A DNA stretch of 63,056 nucleotides, filler included, from Octopus bimaculoides (taxonomy: Eukaryota), in the NCBI RefSeq assembly GCF_001194135.2. It is 5 parts of 4 records of this genome, joined end to end, with 100 filler letters (N's around TTAATTAATTAA, not from the genome) between each part and the next. Parts side by side here need not be neighbours in the genome. Positions count along the whole stretch, not along the records: positions 1 to 21,806 come from NC_068982.1; 4 more parts are not named here. One strand, 5' to 3'. Shown in pieces: positions 1 through 12,784 of the stretch. Every line of letters starts with the position of its first letter. Within the stretch, counting starts at the first letter, position 1. The notes beneath the pieces were generated by a model. The model had not been told where the DNA came from, did not search any database, and was given only the letters and a program-made list of their open reading frames with translations. The position numbers and the translations under genes were made by a program.

Positions 1-34
<34 letters not shown>

Positions 35-921
35 AGAATTCACAAAAGACGGAAACAGGTGGTGTAGAAAACAAACAGATGTATTAGTATAATACTCGGG
101 AATTGAAAAAGTCTTTAACGTTTCAAACCTACACTCTTCCACAGAAAGGAACACAAAAAGAAACTGGTTATGATAAATAACTGGTCAGAATGTTTACTGA
201 GTTTTGTGCCAACAGTATATATTTGGCAGTATATATATTTCCAGCAGAAAATAGACTGCATTTCTGGACAGCATATCTGAAAAGCTGGTGATATTACCAA
301 GTTCAGTAGTCTGCACAAAACTGTGGTAACATTCTGGCCAGTTATGTACTACAACTAGTAGTATAACTACTATATCTTTCTTTTAAACTGTACATTTTTT
401 CTGACTTACGGATAGCTGATATGTGTGTGTGTGTGTATGCATAGTACTGTCTCAGTGAATTCTGTCTGACCCAAGCTAGCATAGAACAATGGATGTTAAA
501 ACAATGACGAGTATTTTAGTTTTCTAAGGATCTGGTTCATATCCTAGTTATTTAACTCGACTGTTTCTTTCATAAAATGAACCACTCCTGAATTGTTAAA
601 ATACTTAGTGTCATAACTGCTAAAATTATTTCAAAATGTTAGCAAAGGTTTACATTACAGAACTCTGTTAGGGTTTGGCTATATTTTCATATAATTAAAT
701 AGATTATCTCTTTTCATTTAACGTATTAATTTCTGGTATTGCATGTAGCAGCCTGTCATGTCATTGAATCCTATTCATTACATATATCTGTAAATACAAA
801 TACAATTCTTAATGATGAACAATTTTAAAAATATGAAAAGAAGAAAGAAAATTAGATCTGACTAGATTCAGTTAAGACACCCCTCTTCCAATTCAAATTA
901 GAAAAAAAAATGTTGAATGAT

Positions 922-1268
922 AGGTGCAGGCATGGCTATGTAGTAAGAAGCTTGCTTCCCAACCACATGGTTCTGGGTTCAGTCCCACTGCATGGCAAGT
1001 GCCTTCTACTATAGCCTCGGGCTGATCAAAGCCTTGTGAGTGGATTTGGTAGACGGAAACTGAAAGAAGCCAATCATGTGTGTGTGTGTCTTTGTTTGTC
1101 ATCCCAATATTGCTTGACAACTAGTGTTGGTTTGTTTATTTCCCTGTAACTTCGTGATTCAGCAAAAGAGACCAATAGAATAAGTATCAGGCTTTGGAAA
1201 AAAAAAGGCCTGGGGTTTATTTGTTCTCTTTGGCACAGCATGGGCACAGTCTAATGAATGAAAGAAAT
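922..1268 (+). mobile_element. SINE family A copy
   Basis: Same head, core and 3' half, CpG-decayed. Confidence 0.82.
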
Positions 1269-1869
1269 AAAACAAAAAGTGGGGTGGTGGAAACATGGAG
1301 GGGAATTCTTGGAATAAGCAAAAGGAAAAAAAGAGTGTGTTAAATATAACACCATATATGTTCCTTTTGAAAAGTTCGTCTCAGATTAAATATATTGTTA
1401 TTGAAACTAAATATGTTAACACACACTTTACTTTCTTGGTATCAAAAGTTTGGGTGTAACTGTATTTGTCACAAGAGGAAGTTATATTGTCTCTTAACTC
1501 TGCTAGATGTTAAAATAAGCAGGACTTTTTTTTGTTTTTTAGCTATCTGTAAAGAATTTTGATTTTTATCTTTCTGGTTGTAGGGAAGGCAATGTAAATT
1601 GTATATATAATGAATAAAAAATAGTGTTTAAACAAATTCTAGAGGAATTCTAAAATTCTGTTTGTTATATTATCTTATAAAAGATAAAATGAGTTAACAT
1701 TATCATTATGATTGTCCACTTTTCTATGTAATATATGTGTATGCACACACACATACACACTACATATGCAGCAGTTAATAGGTCATATTATAGTACACTG
1801 ATTTGAAAAGAAATTGTCCAAAGACTTGTAAACTATATAAGCTATTAAAACATATATAATTTCAAGATA

Positions 1870-2110
1870 CATTTGCAGATGTTCTGGGATATATCATCAA
1901 TGATGTTCCTAGGGTCTTAGAGGTTTCATGTCTTTCAGCATCAGAGCCTGCTTACCCAGCTGATCCAGTTGGAGTTGATTATGTCTCAGCTTGCATCCCA
2001 GCAGCAGTAGCAAACCAGGGGCTGCTTTTTTTTTTTTTATCCAAAGCCATCTGGTGATCTTCTTGAAAGCTTTGGTGCTGAAATGAATGCCCTTCCCAGC
2101 TTTGCTGCAC
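1870..2110 (-). mobile_element. 3' end of a Hero-like (RLE-type) non-LTR retrotransposon
   Basis: The minus frame gives KAFKKITRWLWIKKKKSSPWFATAAGMQAET*, resembling the RWLWIKR..W..AAGTQAG C-terminus I recall for Hero elements. A matching 3'UTR follows (ctgatgctgaaagacatgaaacc...catcattgatgatatatcccag). Confidence 0.5.
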
Positions 2111-2137
2111 CAGTAACTTCATGTCCATTCAGAGCTT

Positions 2138-2190
<53 letters not shown>

Positions 2191-2317
2191 ATATCCTATA
2201 TATGCAGAAACCTACTTGTACAAACACATATACGCAAGTTGCCTCTGTGTGTCTTTGTATGCATATATATATATATATAGATATAGATATGGGTTTTGTG
2301 GTTTTGTGAGCTGCATG

Positions 2318-2771
2318 AGAGCCTCACTAGTGCTGATGGCACATGACACAAAAAAAGAGTACCCTGTAAAGTGGTTGGCATTAGGAAGGGCATCCAGCTG
2401 TAGAAACCATTTCAAAGTAGACACTGGAACACAATGCAATCCTTGGGCCCATCAAATCCTGTCAAACCACCCAGCCCATACCATTATGGAACATGGATGC
2501 TAAATTATGATAATGATATGTACTTGAGAAGAAGATCCATCAAGTCGAGTGAAATTGTAAGTCATGGCAGATACTGGTGTCATGCAACTAGCACTCATGC
2601 CAGTGCCACAGAAAAGCATCCATTACACTCTCAGAGTGGTTGGCATCAAGAAGGGCATCCAGCCATAGAAACTATGCCAAATCAGACTGGAGTCTAGTGC
2701 AGCCCCTCAGCTTACCTGGTCAAACTATCCAACCCATGCCAGCTTGGGCAACGGACGTTAAATGATGATGA
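2318..2771 (+). mobile_element. Two tandem RTE-tail elements
   Basis: Two copies of gtggttggcattaggaagggcatccagc...gtcaaaccatccaacccatgcc...ggacgttaaatgatgatg. Confidence 0.8.
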
Positions 2772-4286
2772 GATATATATATATATATATATATGAAATA
2801 GTGATTTCATTTCTACAACTCAAAAGACAACAGAAGGAAAAGGGTTTTTCAGAAAAGTAAATTATAAAGTATACAATTTTTATATTACATTTGAATATTG
2901 TGAAATGTTGCCTATTTTCATGTTAGGACATTGAGCAGGATATATTCAGGCATTTTTCTCTATCGATTTTTCATTTGAAAACTGTATTTAGATATAAATA
3001 GATTTATCTTGCTACATTAGTGGTTAAAGTCAAAATATATGAGAATGTTATATTGTTAACATTTATAACAACAAAAGAAACCATTCAAAGATAATAGAAA
3101 TTGAAAAAAAACAAACGTTTTATGACTTTTAATTTGTGAAAACTGTAGTTAATTTCATGAGATAAATGCTTTAAATTCAAATTGAATGCTGCTATTCTTA
3201 AGTCTGCCTTTGTTCAACCAAACTATGTTTCATTCCATATTAAGTTCCTTCTTGATTTGTGTATTCTTTTTTTTTTTTTTATATTCAGTTGAAAAAGGAA
3301 GAGGAGCAGCACCCATGATCTTTGCAGGCCCTCTCTCACTGGTGATGTTGATGCAGTTGAGATGTTCTTGAAATTCTATAGGTCAATGCTTGTTGGTGGG
3401 GAAGGGCTGGGAGATGGGGGAGGNNNNNNNNNNNNNNNNNNNNNNNNNNNNNNNNNNNNNNNNNNNNNNNNNNNNNNNNNNNNNNNNNNNNNNNNNNNNN
3501 NNNNNNGGGAAAAGAGGGTTTGGAAGAATGGGCAGGGATTCAAGTTCCACAGAGTTGCAGATGCTGAATGGAAGAAGGATCAAGGAAAATGTGAGGTGGG
3601 TGGGTGGTGGTGGTGGGGGTGTCAGAGTGGGTGGGCTTGCAAAGGGAGGCAAAGTAGGAAACGAGTATGGGAATAGAGGTAGGACAGTCGGGTCAGCTTG
3701 GGTAGAGATGATAAACAACTTGATTATTCAGATGAGTAGAATGCCTGTGGATTAGTGAACGTAGTGTTGTTGCTGCTGAGTGAATCTTTGCTAACCAGCC
3801 AGACAGCTGTTCTAGATGTGATGTAGTGTGTGTGTGTATGTGTGTGTATAGGAGCAGTGACATTGCAGACATAAGAGAAGTACTTTGAATTGCACTTGTG
3901 TTTGTAGAGGATCATATGATCAGTTACATGCTCTTATGCAAATGTAAGTAATAATTGTTGTGTCTGTATCTCCTTCTCTCTCCTCCGCCTCTCTCAATGA
4001 AAGACAGAAAAGTGATCAAGTAATAATACAGAGAAGCCTCAGCTGCAAGTAATTGTATAAACCCAACTCTCTGTATTGAGTATCTTTTTTTTTCTTCTTT
4101 GTAAATTCAAACACACACACATACATTACACACACACACATTTTCTCTCATCTATTTGAAACTGAGTCCTCACTAGGTTGCTCACTGCATTTCCTGTTAC
4201 CATGAAACTTTGAGGAGCAAAAGAGTGAAACCTCAGCTTTGAATAAATTCCACAAAACGTATTCTTTTTCTTAAATGCCCAGAGAT

Positions 4287-4317
<31 letters not shown>

Positions 4318-4390
4318 TATAAGGAGCTAAGAAATTCAATATTATGTACATAACTACAAACTCCTCCCTTGAAACTACACACAAGTGAGT

Positions 4391-4428
<38 letters not shown>

Positions 4429-7400
4429 ATGCTTGTTCACACTCGCTCACATAAACACAGAAAATACAAAAGAGTCTTAAGTTTTTATAAAAATTGATAT
4501 CAAATTGCAATGCAAACATTACAATTTTTCATGAGTTGAATTCCTATTAGTGTTTATTACATTTCTTTTATCTGTATATGTTCACATACNNNNNNNNNNN
4601 NNNNNNNNNNNNNNNNNNNNNNNNNNNNNNNNNNNNNNNNNNNNNNNNNNNNNNNNNNNNNNNNNNNNNNNNNNNNNNNNNNNNNNNNNNNNNNNNNNNN
4701 NNNNNNNNNNNNNNNNNNNNNNNNNNNNNNNNNNNNNNNNNNNNNNNNNNNNNNNNNNNNNNNNNNNNNNNNNNNNNNNNNNNNNNNNNNNNNNNNNNNN
4801 NNNNNNNNNNNNNNNNNNNNNNNNNNNNNNNNNNNNNNNNNNNNNNNNNNNNNNNNNNNNNNNNNNNNNNNNNNNNNNNNNNNNNNNNNNNNNNNNNNNN
4901 NNNNNNNNNNNNNNNNNNNNNNNNNNNNNNNNNNNNNNNNNNNNNNNNNNNNNNNNNNNNNNNNNNNNNNNNNNNNNNNNNNNNNNNNNNNNNNNNNNNN
5001 NNNNNNNNNNNNNNNNNNNNNNNNNNNNNNNNNNNNNNNNNNNNNNNNNNNNNNNNNNNNNNNNNNNNNNNNNNNNNNNNNNNNNNNNNNNNNNNNNNNN
5101 NNNNNNNNNNNNNNNNNNNNNNNNNNNNNNNNNNNNNNNNNNNNNNNNNNNNNNNNNNNNNNNNNNNNNNNNNNNNNNNNNNNNNNNNNNNNNNNNNNNN
5201 NNNNNNNNNNNNNNNNNNNNNNNNNNNNNNNNNNNNNNNNNNNNNNNNNNNNNNNNNNNNNNNNNNNNNNNNNNNNNNNNNNNNNNNNNNNNNNNNNNNN
5301 NNNNNNNNTTGTTTGTTTTTTTTTGTTTTGTTTTTCCTATGAAAGATATTAAGACACTGTTTGGTTTTTTTTTTTTTTTTTTATACTGTTGAAGTTGTAG
5401 TTATATTTTAAGAAATATTACTGATTAGTGTTGTTGTGCCCTGCTTATTTTGGATTTTAATATGACTGTTATGTTAAAGTTTAAAACAAACCATTTTCAT
5501 GGATTTATAACAAATGAGGATTATAGTTCTGAAGGAACAGTAATGTTTTTAATGTTTTGCTTCAGAACTGTATCCCACATTGGTTAAATTGTTGGAGCTC
5601 CTGCAAATGGATACTAACTAGTCATCCTAAGGAGAGTTATTGGTTCAGGAAGAATAGCTGATTGCATTCATATTTTAGCCTGCATCAGGCTTGTAGAGCA
5701 ATATATTCTTGTGGTTAAACCAGTTTCTTAAACTCCTGAAGTGGTAGAGAGAATGTTATATTTCTACTCTCTTCACCTGCCTCTCTTTGTTTAAAAGTAT
5801 TTTGGATTTCTCACTCATCTGTTGTTATTATGATCCCATAACAGCAGACAGTTTGTGCTGAGAATTGTGTTTAAACAAGCTTAAAATACCTAAATTATTC
5901 TCTCTGTTCAGAACAATAAGCTAATATTTGTGTATATTACATAATGTTCTCTTTTGAATTCTTTTCCATATCTGAAATTTGATTCTTCATCTCTTAGTTT
6001 TTCATTGCTTCTTCAAAAAAATAATCTATTTTTTAAAATGTCTGGGAAGAAGTTGGTGAAATTTTATATGTTATTATTGCTCTTAAATACACAAAAAATT
6101 AAAATATTGTTTAAAAAATTAATAAAATATTAAAAAAAAAAAGATGAAAATAAATATTAAAATCAAATCACTAAGTTTGGATTTAACAAGAAATGTTGTT
6201 GGGCAAAGTTCCAGTTTACTGGCTATGACAACTAATAACTGCTATTACCTACATCACCACTACCATCACCACCACCACCACCATCATCACTGCTGCTGTT
6301 CTTCTTGGGTGAATCAGGAACTGTGTTTTGACTCTTTGAGACATGCTCATACAACTGCTGTGCTATAGTGTATTATAGCTGGAGCTGTGAAAGCTTCAAT
6401 GCTCTAAACACATCTAACAGTTGACAACAAATGTATATTTTTTTTGGTGAACATTGCTAGTAAAAACTCTTGGCAAACTGAATTTAAAAATAAATATTAT
6501 AATCATTTATTGTGTTGTGGTGTTTCTTCTTTAATTAAGTAAATTTATTTTCCATTGTTAGACCAGAGCTTGTGTATGTACATTTAGAAAAATGCTATGT
6601 AACATTTGTTATCTAGTCTTCTCTTGATTACTTAGAAATTATAGTTTTAAGTAGTAATTTCATTAATTATGAATAAATCCTATTTTTAAAGCTATACAAT
6701 TTTTTTACGTACAACTTGGCAAGCACTACATAATATGCATATGATCTCATTTCATAGGCTAGTTTTTGGTTTCTAATGAAATTGTTTCACTTACCAACAT
6801 GCTACATAGATGGCATTTTATGAAATAAAATGGTTTTTATTTTTTTGTGATACTAGATGTCAGTGATGTGCAAGACGGAATTAAGTCAATATAAGATGTT
6901 TTGGATAAGGGGATTGGTGCTGTGCATTAGAAGCAGAAATATTCAAGTCAGGTTTAGTAAGGAATTAAAGAAATTTGGACGAAATGAACATGGCTTTTGC
7001 AGTCACATTTAAAAGAAGGGGTATTTAAGGAAGCTGTTGGAACTAGCTGGATGAGATTGAAGAATAATACTTTGGAGAGATGTTAGGGAAAGGGTGGTAG
7101 TGGGTATGTGGAATTATGACAGTCAGCATCAACTCCTGATTGGTGGTAACTATTTTGTATGAAGTAGTGAAATATTAGATGCAATTGGGGTTTGATGTTG
7201 GAGTCAAGACTACAGAGATGATGGAGGGGAAAGTTTCAGTAGTAGCATATTTGGTATGAGTGAGGTAAAATTGAGGTAGAAATATTCAGGAATGAAAAGT
7301 ACTGAAGATTATTATGAGTGCGAAATCTAGGACTAGATGGAAGTTTTACAAGTGATGACAATTGAGCTCTTCTCAGATAAGGGAGGTGGTACTGATACAG

Positions 7401-8504
7401 TCGTTACTGAAATGACTATATAGCTGTGGGATGGGATGGGATGGCCTGGTGAATTTGTTGGAGATTTAGCTCTCAATGTATCAAACAAGCAGGTTGACAT
7501 AGAGCTTATCTTTGTTCCCATAGCCGAGTAAACTGCTAACAGAATTACTCATAAAAGAAACTGTTGATGGTGAGTACAAAGAGATGGAGAAGAGTAAGGA
7601 TACTGAATTCAAGAGTGGTAGTTCTCTAATCCCTCGCTAAACAAACCCTTTGTGGATCCTTCATCTGCTTTCACTCTAACTCTTTATCCAAAACATCACC
7701 ACCACCACTCTACAAGGACCTAACTTCTTTGCCGACACATACTGTAAAAACTCATGTAATTTTACGTGTTTTTCTCGCAAAAATAAATAAATTTTAGGGA
7801 TACATAAATTACATGAGTAGATTGTTTCCAGGATTTTTTTAGAAATTTTTTTTCTGCTGTTGATAAAAGATGTACAGAACAAACATTTGTACTGGAAGTT
7901 GACTCATTTAAAGTCAATAGGTTTTTACTGAAAAATAAGGGCTTAAATATAATGAAGTTGACTTTTATGTATGCTGGACGGTATAATGCTTGCTTTTTCT
8001 GTATGAATTTACTGAAACCTTTAACGTTATTGGTAATTAAATTTAACTTGCAACACCTGTGCATATTTATCAGCTTTGTTTTTGTTGATAATTCTTAACT
8101 TTTCCTGTGATTGTGATTTGAGAAGACATACAGCAATATGCTAAAGATCAGACATTATCTCTTGTGGGCAAGAAATGTAAAACAAGGTTTATTATAAACA
8201 ACATAAACTCTTTGTAATTTAATAGCTTTTAATGTGATTCCTGTTTAAGGAGAAATTATTTTTATTTGATGAAAATTTAATAAAATCTAATCATAAGTGA
8301 AATTATGCTAAATACAACTCAATAGAAAGCCTTTTCCTCCTGGCCATATTGGCAATTCTGAAAACTTTTGGGTACGAATTCTACTTAGTAGAAGCTTTCT
8401 TTACAAATTTTATTCTGAAAATCACCTGCACAAATTACATGGGTTTTTACAGTACTTAAAAAAAAGCGTTTACTACATGAAATGCCTATTATATGGCTTG
8501 ATGT

Positions 8505-9640
8505 CTGCTGGAGAACATGGTTAGAAAGCTGCCAGAATAAGATTAGGCTGGGCAAAGTTTAGAGAGTTCCTGCCTCTGCTGACAACAAAGGGCCTCACTC
8601 TCTCAGAGTGAAAGGCAGATTATATAATGCCTGTGTGTGAACAGCTGTGCTACATGGCAGTGAAACATGTGTAAGCTTGAAAGAAATGAAGCCAGTATGT
8701 GTCGCTGGATATGCAATCTCTATGAATGTTCGACAGAATGTAAGTGTCTTTAGAGAAAAGTTAGGCATCAGAAGTGGTGTGCAAGAGAGACAAATGCATT
8801 GGTATGGTATGTGATGCGTATGGGCAGCTGTGTAAAGGAGTGCCGATCCCTAACTGTGGAGGGAACCTGTGGTAGAGATAAACTCAGGAAGATGGGATGA
8901 GGTGGTGAAGCATGATCTCCAAACTTTGGGCCTCACAGAGGCAGTGATTAGTGACCGAAATCTTTGGCAATATGCTTTGCTTGAGAAGACTCATCAAGCC
9001 AAGTGAAATTGCAGTCATGAGTGATGCTGGTGTCATGTAACTGGCACCCATGCAGGTAGCATGTAAAAAGCATCTTTCAAGTGTTGAGCCTCATGGAGGC
9101 AAAGTGGTTGAGCTCCTTTCGAATGTTGGGCCTCACAGAAGCAATGACCAAGGCCGTTAGCATTTTGTTGTGCTTGAGAAGACCCATCAAGCCAAGTAAA
9201 TTCACAGTCATGGCAGATACCAGTGTCATGCAAATGGCACCCATGCTGGTGGCATGCAAAAAAACCTTTTGAGCGTTGGGCCTCACAGATATAAGGAGCG
9301 ACTCTATTTGGCATTATGCCATGCTTCGGGCATTGGACCTCATGGAGGCAATGACTAAGTCCATCTGGCATTACACCATGTTTGAGAAGAAGACCCATCT
9401 AGCCAAGTAACAATGCAGTTGTGGAAGATACTGGTCTCATGCAAACAGTACTCATGCCAGTGACATGTAAAAGCACCCATTACACTCTNNNNNNNNNNCA
9501 TGCCAGTGACATGTAAAAGCACCCATTACACTCTTGGAGTGGTTGGTGTTAGGAAGGGCATCCAGCCATAGAAACCATGCTAAAACAGACAGGAGTCTGG
9601 TGCAGCCTCCCAGCATGCACTACAGATGTTAGATGATGAT
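8505..9640 (+). mobile_element. RTE-clade LINE 3' portion (decayed RT C-terminus, tandemly repeated 3' modules and tail)
   Basis: Broken-frame translation ARIRLGWAKFREFLPLLTTKG..RVKGRLYNACV..AVLHGSET..LERNEASMCRWI..REKLGIR..WYG..CRSLTVEGTCGRDK..DEVVKHDLQTLGLTEAVISDRNLWQYA. The conserved ggttggtgttaggaagggcatccagcc tail ends in (GAT)n. Confidence 0.85.
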
Positions 9641-9990
9641 GAGGTTTCAAATTCCGCCAAGTCGTCTTTGCCTTTCATCCTTTCGTGGTCGATAAAATGA
9701 GTACCAGTTGAACACTGGGGTCAATGTAATCGACTCATCTCCTCCCGTAAAATTGCTACCCTTGTGGCAAAAATTTCAAACCATTATAAAAACACTGAGC
9801 TGGCAGAATTGTTAGTCCATTAGAAAAAAAAATTAATTTCTTCCAACTTATAATATTCTGAGTTGAAATTCTGCAGAGGTCAATTTTGCCTTTCAGGATC
9901 AATGAAATAAGTACCAGAGCACTGGGGTCAATGTAATCTACTAACTCTCTTCCCCCAAATTTCAGGCCTTCCTAGTAACTTATGAGTTGC
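9640..9990 (+). mobile_element. Two SINE family B copies
   Basis: Same core and tail. Confidence 0.8.
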
Positions 9991-10747
9991 TTAGTGTCAA
10001 AATTCGAAACCATTATTATTATTTACATTATTGTTGTTGTTGTTTTTGTTATACCTGTAAGCTATGCAGGCTTCATTGGTCCCTGGTTGAGTTATTCCAC
10101 TTTGCTTGCTTCTTGTACCTATAAATTACTGTTGAAATCAACAGTTGGAAGAATGGGACTTGATCTAATGAATGATGGAATATTTGAATCTATCTTTAAT
10201 TCAATTTAACTTTATTTTTTTTCTCCTTTTTTCAATTAGCATATATGCCTCTGAACACTGCTTGTAATGTATCAAAAGTGGGCATATGAAAGTAGTTTCC
10301 TTTGGTCCAGCAAAATGCAGAGTTTAAGTTTTAAGAGTCCACACCAAAAATATTTACCCATATAGTAAAGACAAAATGACTTCAATCAGGAGTCAAATCT
10401 CAGTAGTTTTGCGATCACTCTCAGATATTTTCTCAAATTAATTTATTTCAAAAAAGACTAATGAAACAACAAAAAGTATTTTACAAAAAATCAAATAACT
10501 TTTATTCAACAAAATTTTACATTTTAGAATTTATAATTAATTTGAGAAAAATACAAAATCAATAAATTGTAGTATATATGTACATAGATATTTATATATA
10601 TATATATATATAATAGCTTCTTCCTTTTATTTATTTAATTTTTTTGGTTTCTCTGATGGTGGAAGCAAAAGTTTGCATCCATTCAAAAGAATAGTCTTAT
10701 AGAATAGAAAAGGCCAGTTTGCCAGGTTTTATTTTTAATGTATTTAA

Positions 10748-10967
10748 CCCTTTAGTATTCAGATTACTCTGTCAAATGAAATGTTTTTTTATTCACATTG
10801 TTTTGAATTAATGATGCATTATTCTGTTGTTTTGAGATTTTGATGAAGTGATTGTTTATTTTTAGAATGACATTATGGGTTAGGTGTGGGAGGCCAAATA
10901 TGACCAGTTTGAACATAAAACAAGTAGAATATATGGACTGGATACAGCTAGTTTAAATGCTGAAGGG
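10748..10967. mobile_element. piggyBac-like non-autonomous MITE (about 220 bp)
   Basis: TTAA on both sides (10744-47 and 10968-71), CCC...GGG termini, and imperfect TIR ccctttagtattca versus cccttcagcattta. Confidence 0.75.
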
Positions 10968-11859
10968 TTAAGTAGAACATGAACAATAGACTATACCTTC
11001 TACTGGTGATCAACTGAAGTATTGTGACTATATAAGAATTTTACATTCATTTAAAAGAAAACAAAAATGATTATTTTCAATATTTACATAAAGTATTGGA
11101 ACTTTACATTCTCTTTTTTTCTGCTTTTTATATCCGATGTCCTAGACTTTCATAGACAATGCCAATCTAGAAATTTAGGTATTAGCATAAGTTATTAAAA
11201 ACTTGTATTACTGTTAGATGACCCTATAAATAGATGTCCATTCTCAAAAACAAAGTACAAAGCAAACTAGTAAACCTTGAGTTTAGACTATTTATGTGGT
11301 TTAACTGCCCCTCAACATTTCTCTTCAAATATTTAACTTTTTCATAATTTTAGTTTTTGCTTTTACGTGGTAATAAACAATTCATTTATTTTGCCTTTAG
11401 CTACAGTTTAAGAACATAATATAAGAGAACAAATGTTTACTATTTTGTAAAATAAAAATAAACTATGTAAAATACATACAAATGCTTGAAGTGAAATGTT
11501 GGCTGAGGAGGTTAAGTCAAGTAATGGTATGTTTACTGAAAGGTTATTGGTTTGTATTTGGTTTTTACCATTGTCTTTTGTCCTTGGTCATAATACACAC
11601 TAAGTCACCTTTCTATAAATAAATACAGCTCACTTCAAGAAGTAGCTGGAGCACTATATAGAAACAAGTGTTCCATTACTTAGGAGTACTGAGTTCAAAT
11701 CTCCTGTGGGTTTGTAGAAGGCAGTAGGAAACTATTCTGGTGCATTGTCTTTTCATTACATGAAAAATCATCTTTTCCGTAACCTCGATACCTCCTCTGG
11801 CAGCCCATTGGATACAGCAATGGGGTGACCAAAAAGGGGCAACGGATGTAAAAATGACC

Positions 11860-12034
11860 AAAAGTAATGAATTAATTAGGTTAATTTTTATTTGTGAAAT
11901 ACAGTTGTTTTGAGTTTGCTACAAAAAGTGGTCTATGTTTGTGATGGTGATGGTGGGAGCGGGCGGGGGGGGTGGCTATGAATGTGGCCTAAATACCAAG
12001 CGGGTGGCAGCCTGAAAAAGTTTGGGAACTACTG
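11860..12034. mobile_element. Probable terminal fragment of a hAT (Charlie-like) element
   Basis: aaaagtttgggaactactg at about 12016-12034 is the reverse complement of the typical hAT/Charlie terminus CAGTGGTTCCCAAACTTTT. No partner TIR found; left boundary approximate. Confidence 0.4.
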
Positions 12035-12784
12035 GTTTAAATGGTTGTTCAAATTAAGTTTATTTTTGAATTTGAAGACATAGCAGAGGCTATAGCATTT
12101 TTCTAATTAACTATTGTGTCATTTGGATAATTAGTAGAATTTTGGAAGACATGTCTACTAGCTTGGTTTGCACAAGCCAAAGTGCAATATCTTATATCAA
12201 ATGAGATCAAATAGGGTTTCTCGTTTTTATATCAAGAATCTGACACAAATTAGTGTATTGCTCATTCTGCCCTTAATTCAAACAAGAAGTGTCAGCAGCC
12301 TGCTCAAAAACTATGGAGGCAAACAAATAATGGGATTATACTTTATCAAAACCCAGTTGAGTATAAACCCTTCATACTTATGGGCATTATGTTCACCATT
12401 TGTGGATTATCATAAATCTTATTTTACTTTTTGGCATATCTTAATTTGATAATTGTCAGACTACATAAACACAGCACAAACTATCTCATTCACTATGGAC
12501 AGACAGGAACAAGTTCTTCATCATTAGCCAATAAACTTGGTTCAGAAATGCAACTTAAACACCAACAGATTACTAGGAATACAAAAAACAGCAAACAATA
12601 ACTAACAGAAAGATTCTTACTGATGCAAAAGGCTTAAGTGAGAAAAGGTGGTTAAAGAAAGTCTTTCATATCCATGTAAATTGTATTTCTTTCTGAGATT
12701 GGCCAAGAAAGGTTAAAGAAACATCAACAGTAGCCTGAAGTATGTCATCATTAATGTTAGACTAACACAAGACCAAGAATAAAA

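Noticed and set aside
4550-5392. Long ORFs made of X, and poly-YI/CV/HT/S/V/T ORFs throughout (e.g. 17004-18002, 22024-22533, 30375-31013, 45462-46245, 55705-56365)
   Set aside because: They are translations of N gaps and microsatellites.
6900-7560. Possible L2/CR1-type LINE remnant on the minus strand (also about 54100-54600 +)
   Set aside because: Only vague motif echoes (e.g. VQRR); too decayed to support without a profile search.
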